This document shows, piece after piece, positions 49,137-57,693 of a stretch of DNA of 64,000 nt. The notes below the pieces were generated by a model that was not told the DNA's origin, searched no databases, and saw only the letters and a program-made list of their open reading frames with translations. The stretch comes from Bdellovibrio sp. Lineage in GTDB: Bacteria > Bdellovibrionota > Bdellovibrionia > Bdellovibrionales > Bdellovibrionaceae. The stretch covers positions 1,728,001 through 1,792,000 of the forward strand of contig JAKFCY010000002.1 of assembly GCA_036676395.1 (NCBI GenBank). The letters run 5' to 3'. Numbering within the stretch: the stretch's first letter is position 1; each line of letters opens with the position of its first letter. The translations under genes and the position numbers were made by a program.

Positions 49137-51710
49137 ATGCGTTCTTTTAACCCCATCAGATTATTCGTGGGCGCGTGTTTTATTTTGTTAACATCAGGTT
49201 GTGATTTAAAAGCAAATCTACAATCACTTTTATCAGTTTCAAATGTTCCCATTTGTGAAATTACAGACGGCAAAATTACAAATCCTCCGTGCGAATTACC
49301 TGATGGCTACGAGGAGCATTTTATTTCTGAAAATGAATTCTCTGGCCGTACCACAACAATCACTTCAGCTACTATCGCAGCGTCTTCAACACTTGTTTAC
49401 GGTGAAGAAGGCTTTGAAGGTGTAGCCGTACTTTCACAGCTTCCGATAGCTTGGTCTACGGGCTATGCCGTCTTGAGTTTAGATAAATCTTTAAATCAAC
49501 AAGGTGGAACATTTAATCCTGATTACCTTGCTAATAATATCGCGTCTGGAACTTCTATCTTTGGCTTGGCTGGTAGCTTCTTTAGCACGCAAAAAGTTTA
49601 TTGCTCTAATACAGATACAGCGTCTTCGACCTCTACTGTTCCTGGCATTGGACTTCCGGTAAATGGTAACGAATGTGTGGCTCCTGAAAATAACTTTATC
49701 TATACGACACCATTTAATGGTCGCGCCAACAACTGTAACGCTGCCGGTGGCACGAATAATTCAAGTTGTTTCATTCAACAAGCTGCCCAGGATTTATATT
49801 TAGCAAATGCAAATTCAGTTCCGTTAGCTTGTACATATAATGGTAACAACGGAACATTCTGGGATGTCTCAACTACAAGCTTAACTTACGGTAAATTAAA
49901 ATCTCCGACTATCAATAGTATTGTTCGTGACTACTGCCAAGTAGCACAAGGACAATTTTTCTATTCAGACCCATTCGGAGGACGCACGTCAGTTTGTGGT
50001 CCGGTACCAAATCCGCCATGTTTTTTAGAGATTCCACCATATCAGACTCGAACGGTAAACTTAGGTGAATCATCGACCACGCCAGTATGCCTAGAAGATC
50101 AATCAGACATTTTACCAGCAAACTGGTTAGGTGGCCTTGATGAACCGCTAAGTAAAAATTCGGCGCAATGTTTAACACCGGGTAATAACCGCTACGTTTA
50201 CAACACAGCCTATGATGGACGTTTTCGCGCTTGTAATGGAACTAATATCGGAAAATGTTATTACACTGGTTCAGAAGTTTCTGCAAATATCAGTTATATT
50301 TTTACAACAAGTGAAAATGCATCTTGTCGCACGACTTTGAATTCTTGTGTTAACACTTGTGCGACGCAAAAAGATACTTGTAATGGCTTAGCCGATGCTG
50401 ATGAGAATAAATGTTTAGGGCAATATTCACAATGTTATTATAGCTGTTACGAGCGCCCTACAGTTTCTGGAGTAACACCCGTTGGCTATGCAAAATGCGC
50501 TGACAATGCTTGTACAACGACAAAAAATTCTTGTAACACAGCTTGCGGGTCGAATGTCACATGTAAAAATAATTGTACGACAGCTTACAACGACTGTAAG
50601 TACGTTGAGAATCCACGTACTGGCATTTGGTTTTTAAATGCTTCATTTAATTTAGCAAATCCAAGAACCAAAGCTTTGATCATCCCCGTTGGCCAAAAAA
50701 AATCGGCATCAATTCCGATGGCTGATCTTTTAAATACATCTGCAATTAAAGCCGGTGTAAATATTTTCGGATTCACTGGTTCATTTGGTGGTCTTGGTGT
50801 CTGGGCATCTGGTATGCATCGTGATAAATCAATTCCACAATTAACCTTGAATGAAGAGAATAATAACTTTTCAGGTTTATCTGAAGAACCACTTCCAACA
50901 AATTTTCCGAACTTTTACGAGCCTTTTAAACCGTATCGTGAAGTGACTTCAATTGCCAAAGACGATGATGGTTCAGTCACTGATCAAAATGTATTAGCTA
51001 CTCCAAGTCGCTCTTCATGGGGACAAACCCAGTGTGGTGTCGGGGGCACGTTAACAACAATAGATCTAAAAATTTCAGATTGCGGAGCCAAATTCGGTTC
51101 ACTTTCATCTTGGGATGGCGTAACGAATGGAAATGCCGGTCAAGGTCGCTGGACACTGGTGTCGCGCAAATTAAACGCTTCTACAGGAACAATGGTTGAA
51201 GTATGGCGTGATGAAAGAACCATGATGTTATGGAGTTCTTTAATCAGCGAAGCCACTAATTGGTGTAAAGCTTCAGGCAGCAGCAACAGCACTAATGCTG
51301 CGGTAAATAACCGTTATAAAGAAAATGATCCGTCTGATATTTGTGATAATCCAAGTAACCAAAATCAAGGAGCAGCAGAGACTGTAATCAGCGCTTGTCT
51401 GGCAGATTTAGGTTTTACAAATACTGATGCAGATTTCAATATCAACGGTAAAGTAGACTTGGATTTAACTTCAGCTCCAAAAATTCACTGGCGCATCCCA
51501 ACGATGTACGATTATGAAGTCGCAGAATACAATGGCATTCGTTTCGTATTGCCAGATATGGGAACACAACGAGGCATACCGCTGGTTGAATGGACAGCTA
51601 CGGTTAACTCGGCAAATCGCAGCGAAGCCTGGGGCATCAACTCAATGGATGGAGCACACAGAGTCATCAATCGTTCTGACTTAGCGGGGGTAAGATGTAT
51701 CGGCCGCTAA
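49137..51710 (+). CDS. Large Cys-rich lipoprotein with tail-fibre-like motifs and a C-terminal DUF1566/C-type-lectin-like domain
   Basis: Lipobox TSGC; two NIxxGxxIFGxxG motifs; VWRDERTMMLW, WRIPT, EWTAT, VRCIGR; ORF track start 49104. Confidence 0.72.
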   Translation: MRSFNPIRLFVGACFILLTSGCDLKANLQSLLSVSNVPICEITDGKITNPPCELPDGYEEHFISENEFSGRTTTITSATIAASSTLVYGEEGFEGVAVLSQLPIAWSTGYAVLSLDKSLNQQGGTFNPDYLANNIASGTSIFGLAGSFFSTQKVYCSNTDTASSTSTVPGIGLPVNGNECVAPENNFIYTTPFNGRANNCNAAGGTNNSSCFIQQAAQDLYLANANSVPLACTYNGNNGTFWDVSTTSLTYGKLKSPTINSIVRDYCQVAQGQFFYSDPFGGRTSVCGPVPNPPCFLEIPPYQTRTVNLGESSTTPVCLEDQSDILPANWLGGLDEPLSKNSAQCLTPGNNRYVYNTAYDGRFRACNGTNIGKCYYTGSEVSANISYIFTTSENASCRTTLNSCVNTCATQKDTCNGLADADENKCLGQYSQCYYSCYERPTVSGVTPVGYAKCADNACTTTKNSCNTACGSNVTCKNNCTTAYNDCKYVENPRTGIWFLNASFNLANPRTKALIIPVGQKKSASIPMADLLNTSAIKAGVNIFGFTGSFGGLGVWASGMHRDKSIPQLTLNEENNNFSGLSEEPLPTNFPNFYEPFKPYREVTSIAKDDDGSVTDQNVLATPSRSSWGQTQCGVGGTLTTIDLKISDCGAKFGSLSSWDGVTNGNAGQGRWTLVSRKLNASTGTMVEVWRDERTMMLWSSLISEATNWCKASGSSNSTNAAVNNRYKENDPSDICDNPSNQNQGAAETVISACLADLGFTNTDADFNINGKVDLDLTSAPKIHWRIPTMYDYEVAEYNGIRFVLPDMGTQRGIPLVEWTATVNSANRSEAWGINSMDGAHRVINRSDLAGVRCIGR

Positions 51711-53827
51711 TTTCAATTATTTTTGTTTTTCTATTTAATGTTTCAGTCGTTCGCGCTGAAGAAATCATCGACACATCTAATCTATTTTTATGTGATCTTG
51801 AATCTATCATTACACAAAAATGTGGCGTGTTAAATACCGCTTATGTTTATGATGTTCAGTACGGCCCGCGCAGTTCAAGTTATTTACAGCACTACACGGC
51901 GAATGCCGAGGCCTCAACTATTCAGTTAGCACCAGGTTGGCATGAAGGTAATGAAATCACTTGGCAATCGATTGGTTTACGACCAGAAAACATCGTGAAA
52001 GATAAAAAGATTTTTGGTGTGGTTGGAACTCTTGATAATACCGTTTACACAAGTTGTGTAACGAATGCGGCTTCTGGACAATTAACAGCACACAACTCGA
52101 ACTTTTGTTATGCACCGGCTGGCGCATATTATGTTTATTCTTCATACTGGGGCGGACGCAATAATGAGTGTTCGTTTGTTCAAGTCGATTCAATATCATA
52201 CAAATTAGTTAATAAATTTGACGGCGAGAAGCCAAAAGGCGCTTGTTGGATCAACACACAAGACACAATAACTGCAGACGGATTTAGCATTGATGGCAAC
52301 GCCTTAAAAACTAGTGGAAATCCAAATTTTGTTATTCGTAACACGGCAACAGCAAACACCTGTTCGGTTATTGGTGGCGGTACGGGTTTACAAACAACGT
52401 CTTGCACAACTCCGGATCGTAACGATTTTAATGGTTACTTCTACCCGGCATTTGTGACAAGAACCATTAATGGGGTGGCCAAGCAGGTCAGTGGATCTTT
52501 CGGTGGCCGTGGTAAAAATTGTATTTACGGAACAAACAACGAACCTTGTTGGATTGATGATGCCGATGCTTATGTAGAAAACGATACGACTTGTAATGAA
52601 AAATATCCAGACGGAACTCCTGGTGTCAGCGCAACTTCACCATTAAATGCTTATTCTTGTAAAACAAAAGGTATTGAGCGCGCGGTGAACATTAACAATG
52701 GAATTGTTTCTTCGACTATTGGTCGTTTCGTTTACAAAACTGCACGCGGTGGAAGAAATACAGACTGCGCCCAAGGTAAAGTCGGCCTTTGTTTTACGAC
52801 AACTGATTTTAAATCCAATCTTGATCCTGATTTAGATCCGAATAACATTCAAAAAGGAATCGTTATTTTTGGCGTGCGCGGAACCTATGAAGCTCCAGAA
52901 ATCGTCTATGGCAGCGGTGCACATCGCACACCATCAAGCAGTACTGTTGCAAACAAATTGAATTACAAACAAAACTTAACTGGTGAATCTAACCGTCTTG
53001 AGGCAAATCCAAATCAAAACTCAAGTCAGATTTACCCAGCGGATTATCATGCGATTCCAAAAATAGCCACTGACTCTGAAGCGGATGTAGTTAAAGTAAA
53101 CCGTGCCACCTGGTCAAACACTCAGTGCGGAACGATCGGTACAACTTCAGCCCGTATTGCAAATTGCGTAACTGCTTTTGGCACGAACGCCACATGGAAG
53201 GGTTCTGTTAAGGGGAATGCCGGGCAAACGGATTGGGAGCTTGTAACCCGTAAACGTGATAGCGTTGATGCAAATAAAACTTATGAAGTCTGGCGTGATT
53301 CAAGCACTGGCTTATTATGGAGTTCACTGGTTTCAACAAGTCAAAATTGGTGTAAATCAACCGGTAGTAATGGTAGAAAAATTTCTGATGGTGTAGACAT
53401 GGTTTATGACCAACAAACATCTTCTGAAGATGATCCGTCAAACTATTGTGACAACCCGACTTATCAAGATCAAAATACTCCGGTTTCAGTTTGTTATATC
53501 GACATGCCCGAAAATGGCGATCCAAATTTATTTTCTACAGATTACAGTACAGCGACAACTCCAGGTAAAGCAGGTCTTCTTCCTGACCTGACGGCGGCTA
53601 CAGGCCGAGTTTACTGGCGCGTACCGACAATGTTTGATTACATTTTAGCAAATCACCACGGTCTTCGCTTTGTAATGCCAGATATCGGTGTAAATACCGA
53701 CGAAGAATGGACAGCTACGACATCAGCTTCAAATCGTAAGAATGCCTGGACATTCAGTGGTAAAACCGGCGCTCGTCAATACAAACAACGCAACAACCCT
53801 GCAGCAGTTCGCTGCATTGGCCGGTAG
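51695..53827 (+). CDS. Secreted Cys-rich paralogue with tail-fibre-like motifs and a DUF1566-like tip
   Basis: ENIVKDKKIFGVVGT, NNIQKGIVIFGVRGT, VWRDSSTGLLW, WRVPT, VRCIGR. Confidence 0.72.
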   Translation: MYRPLISIIFVFLFNVSVVRAEEIIDTSNLFLCDLESIITQKCGVLNTAYVYDVQYGPRSSSYLQHYTANAEASTIQLAPGWHEGNEITWQSIGLRPENIVKDKKIFGVVGTLDNTVYTSCVTNAASGQLTAHNSNFCYAPAGAYYVYSSYWGGRNNECSFVQVDSISYKLVNKFDGEKPKGACWINTQDTITADGFSIDGNALKTSGNPNFVIRNTATANTCSVIGGGTGLQTTSCTTPDRNDFNGYFYPAFVTRTINGVAKQVSGSFGGRGKNCIYGTNNEPCWIDDADAYVENDTTCNEKYPDGTPGVSATSPLNAYSCKTKGIERAVNINNGIVSSTIGRFVYKTARGGRNTDCAQGKVGLCFTTTDFKSNLDPDLDPNNIQKGIVIFGVRGTYEAPEIVYGSGAHRTPSSSTVANKLNYKQNLTGESNRLEANPNQNSSQIYPADYHAIPKIATDSEADVVKVNRATWSNTQCGTIGTTSARIANCVTAFGTNATWKGSVKGNAGQTDWELVTRKRDSVDANKTYEVWRDSSTGLLWSSLVSTSQNWCKSTGSNGRKISDGVDMVYDQQTSSEDDPSNYCDNPTYQDQNTPVSVCYIDMPENGDPNLFSTDYSTATTPGKAGLLPDLTAATGRVYWRVPTMFDYILANHHGLRFVMPDIGVNTDEEWTATTSASNRKNAWTFSGKTGARQYKQRNNPAAVRCIGR

Positions 53828-53829
53828 TC

Positions 53830-56800
53830 ATGAATTTTAAATTTTATCTATTATTGTTTTTATTATTAAGCGGCTGTACCGGCTCTATTTTAGAAGAAGA
53901 ACTTTTATCTAACCTGTCACAAAAAGGTGCCGGTGGTATTGAGCTTGATGAGTACATCCCGCCAGGAATCCAATTTGTCGAAAACACGACTCAGGGTATG
54001 CAACAAGAAGGTTTTCCATTTCTTCGCAATAACAGAACTTTTAATATCAAATGGATTATCAAAACTTGTGATCCTGTAAATAATCCGTTAGATGCCGCGT
54101 GCGCAAATTTACCCACAGGCACTGCTGAAAATCCAGATCCGGGCTTTTATATTACTCGTTTAGAATACACATCTGGAACAACTTACGTGCAGATTCCAGG
54201 CGCTACCAGTCTTGGTGGTTATAATGACCAGATTCAAAGTTTCAGTTGGTCAATTCCGATTTCTTTAACTGATGAGGGCGCTGATTTTCGCTTTAGATTA
54301 ATCACGCGCAATGCAAAACTTGAAGACTTCTTTGCAACTTCAAGTAGTTTTGTTATGGATAGCAGCGCTCCTGTTATTCAAACTGGTTCGTTAACTTTTA
54401 ATGGCTCGGCCGACACCCCGTTAAACCTGAAATCGCCGGGTGTTAATATTGATTTTAATGCCGATGATAATTATTCTCCGGTTGAAAGTTTTTGTTTAAA
54501 AGATTCAGCGGCTATTCCAACTGCAGACCATGCCTGCTGGTTAAAAATCACTTCTTTAGGATTAACTGAAAGTAAAAACTTACAAGTTAAAAACTTAAAA
54601 CGTGTTCTTGGCTGGATCGGCGGATCTTTTACTTTCTATTTCTGGATCAAAGACAAAGCCGGTAACTACTCACGTTTAACAAACGATGTCGGCGATGAAA
54701 CAATCGACCGTCGCACTATTTCTTATGCTCCAGGGCGCAGTGTTGCGTTCTTAAAAAACATTGCGGCAAACGATGATTCGGTTACAGATAATCCGGCGCT
54801 CGATAAAACTGTAATCAATGCTTCTGCCCCGACTGTTTTTATCAAGTGGAGTTACACCATCGATCAGAATACAACTCTGGATTCTGTGGAGCCTTATAAA
54901 ATTGAATACTCAACAGACGGCGCTACTTTTCAAAACATCACCGGCGTAAGTGAGACCGCTTTACTTGACAGTGAAATTTCAAACAACGTCAATGTGAATT
55001 GCCAAACTGTTCCTTCACAAGATCCGGCCTCTATTGATAGCTGTTATGCTTGGACCGTTCCGGCAAGTCTTCACGACGTCCCATTCTACATTCGTGTCCA
55101 TGTGCGTGATTCGGCAGGTTTCGTTTATTCAATCAGTACAAACCCTTTCAATCTAAGCACATCAACTAGCTTAGACGGAAAAGTTCAGGGTTTACGTTTT
55201 GCGGCTGGCCTTTCAGATTCATTAATCGGCGCCTCGGCGCTGAACACAAAATTTGATATCGATACGGCTTATTCTCGTACTGGCGGAAAACTCGTTGTGC
55301 ATGAAGATGGACGTATGTTTGTCTTAGATAACAGCGCAGGTATTATTGAAATCAGTCAGTTCGACGGTCGCGCACGATTATATATTAAAAAATCCACGGC
55401 ATCAGTTGACGGTTATGCTGTTGATTCGCCAGATCTGCTAGCCGGACGAACAGAAGCTGTCACTTCAAATATTATTAAAATTTCTCTCGATTACAAGGGC
55501 CGTTTGATCATCATGGAAAACAATCGTATTCGTCAGGTCACTGATGAACGTGATGCTCAAGGAAATTTAACCGGCGTTCGGTACGTAAAAACCATTGTTG
55601 GTTGTTTACAAACACCAACATCAAATTGTTATTACAATAACACTTATAAAAATACCGCTTACAATGCTAAAGTGCCAATTCAGTATTGGCAAAATGCGTG
55701 GATCAATGCCGATGAATTTACATTTCCAGGCCCAGTTAACGACTGGAACCGCCAATTCAGACATTTCACCGCACTTCCGAACGGCGATATTTATTTTTCT
55801 GTGAATGCTGACTACACGCAAGTCTCGACGGCTTTGGCAAGTAGCGCAAACAGCTGGAGAGCTTTAGACTTTCGTATTTACCGTCCAGATGCAGATCCGA
55901 CCAAACCCGGAAAGTTACTTCCCTTAAAGTTAACTGGTTATGGCGTTTTAGGTGAGCCATTTAAACCGATTTCAGAATTGTATCCACAATCAATGGGTGG
56001 ACTTACGTTTAATCCAATCACCGGAAATCCGACGACCCTTGCGATGTTCTGGGATTATTGCCCACCAAACACAACAGCTCAGTGCGAATATTTCACTTCA
56101 AATCATAATCCTAAAACCGGCCAATCAAACGGCACTGGTACACATTACTATTCATACACCATGTCGATCAAAAATTCGCTCGCTAAAGGCTATGTTGATT
56201 CACACACTTTCAGATATTTTACTTCACGTCGCGGCGAACTTTACGCTTACAACACAAACCAATTTGAAAAAGTGTTGGGTAAATTAAATACTTCGACTAA
56301 CAAGTTCGAAAGAATCTTGGGCGGTATTGGCTATGATGGCTATTGCGCCGATGGCACCTTAGCGATAGCTTGTCCTAATTATATTCGCGATGCCTGGGTG
56401 ACCCAAGATAACACCGTCTTTTTTATTGATGGGCAACAAATTCGCATGATCGGGGCCGATGGCCGCGTAGTTACACTGTTTGGCCGTAAACCTGCTGATC
56501 GCAGTGGCCTTGAAGCGACTCTTTCTACCTTAGGCCGCTTTGAGAATTTCGGCAAATGGTATGACACTAACACGTCGAGTGAAAAGTTTGTGCTGCGCGA
56601 ATACGATAGTATTTTACTGCGCGAATTCAGTATGGATAAAAAAATTGAAACCATCGCCGGCAATGAAACTACAAATTGGGGACTCACTTGGAAAGCTGCG
56701 GCCTCAAAACCCGGTTATTTTGTTTCGACCAAATTGGCTAATGCTGAAATGGGTGCATGGACTCAGGCTCACTACATTCATCCACCAGTCACTGTTGACC

Positions 56801-57693
56801 CTAATAACGGTGAAGTTTTTGATTTTACACCTGAAACCAATCGCTCAGTGATGAAATTAATCCGCTCTGGTCATCCAAGTGATACCGGCCGCTGGATGCG
56901 TATTTTAGGTGGCGGTAGTGCGGCTACGCCATATCTGAATACTAAAGGTACAAGCTCTTGCGATGGCAAAATGAACACCCAGTGTCGCGGTGATTCTAAT
57001 GGCGCCAACTATATCTTAGGCTACGTCCCTGCTAAAAACATTATCGTTAACGGTAATCCCGAAGTGCGCCCAGCGCAAATCATCACGCAATATAGCCGGG
57101 CGTTTAGTAATATCTGGCAACAAAATTATCTAAAACTTGTAAACACAGACACAGGACAACAAACCCATGTCATGGGAAACAATGATTTAGCTTCTTCTTG
57201 GGATGCCCTCCACTTCCCGAATACCTTCTCGCCAGTGTCGGTGGCCGCGACTAATAATATTGATATATTATATAACGCTGCACGAATCATCTATGATGAA
57301 AACAGAGACGCCTTATTAGTCACACGCTACGGCGGGACTACAATCGGCGCGATTACCTTTAAATCTAACTCCAACGAACAAATCACCGAAGCCGATAAAT
57401 ACTTTAATATCACCGCTGTCGGAAACGGAACCATTTTATCCTTCACGCACAACGTTCAAGAAGGTGCTGATGTATTTTATTATTGTAACAACAGCGGTCG
57501 CCTATATCGTCGTGTAGTTACAGCGGGTTTTTCTTCTGAAATTATTTTACCTTTACCAACCGGCATGACTTGTTTTGGTCGTACACTAGAAAAAACTGTG
57601 GATGATAACAATGGCGTTATCAAACTTTATTTTCCGGCGGCTTTCAAAGGTCAATATATGATGGGAGAATACAGTGTATCGCTTGATCTTTAG
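53830..57693 (+). CDS. Giant lipoprotein with Ig-like and NHL/beta-propeller-like regions (putative adhesin)
   Basis: Lipobox LSGC; DKAGN Ig-fold ends; RIRQV, TIAG, YCADG propeller-like blades. Confidence 0.65.
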   Translation: MNFKFYLLLFLLLSGCTGSILEEELLSNLSQKGAGGIELDEYIPPGIQFVENTTQGMQQEGFPFLRNNRTFNIKWIIKTCDPVNNPLDAACANLPTGTAENPDPGFYITRLEYTSGTTYVQIPGATSLGGYNDQIQSFSWSIPISLTDEGADFRFRLITRNAKLEDFFATSSSFVMDSSAPVIQTGSLTFNGSADTPLNLKSPGVNIDFNADDNYSPVESFCLKDSAAIPTADHACWLKITSLGLTESKNLQVKNLKRVLGWIGGSFTFYFWIKDKAGNYSRLTNDVGDETIDRRTISYAPGRSVAFLKNIAANDDSVTDNPALDKTVINASAPTVFIKWSYTIDQNTTLDSVEPYKIEYSTDGATFQNITGVSETALLDSEISNNVNVNCQTVPSQDPASIDSCYAWTVPASLHDVPFYIRVHVRDSAGFVYSISTNPFNLSTSTSLDGKVQGLRFAAGLSDSLIGASALNTKFDIDTAYSRTGGKLVVHEDGRMFVLDNSAGIIEISQFDGRARLYIKKSTASVDGYAVDSPDLLAGRTEAVTSNIIKISLDYKGRLIIMENNRIRQVTDERDAQGNLTGVRYVKTIVGCLQTPTSNCYYNNTYKNTAYNAKVPIQYWQNAWINADEFTFPGPVNDWNRQFRHFTALPNGDIYFSVNADYTQVSTALASSANSWRALDFRIYRPDADPTKPGKLLPLKLTGYGVLGEPFKPISELYPQSMGGLTFNPITGNPTTLAMFWDYCPPNTTAQCEYFTSNHNPKTGQSNGTGTHYYSYTMSIKNSLAKGYVDSHTFRYFTSRRGELYAYNTNQFEKVLGKLNTSTNKFERILGGIGYDGYCADGTLAIACPNYIRDAWVTQDNTVFFIDGQQIRMIGADGRVVTLFGRKPADRSGLEATLSTLGRFENFGKWYDTNTSSEKFVLREYDSILLREFSMDKKIETIAGNETTNWGLTWKAAASKPGYFVSTKLANAEMGAWTQAHYIHPPVTVDPNNGEVFDFTPETNRSVMKLIRSGHPSDTGRWMRILGGGSAATPYLNTKGTSSCDGKMNTQCRGDSNGANYILGYVPAKNIIVNGNPEVRPAQIITQYSRAFSNIWQQNYLKLVNTDTGQQTHVMGNNDLASSWDALHFPNTFSPVSVAATNNIDILYNAARIIYDENRDALLVTRYGGTTIGAITFKSNSNEQITEADKYFNITAVGNGTILSFTHNVQEGADVFYYCNNSGRLYRRVVTAGFSSEIILPLPTGMTCFGRTLEKTVDDNNGVIKLYFPAAFKGQYMMGEYSVSLDL

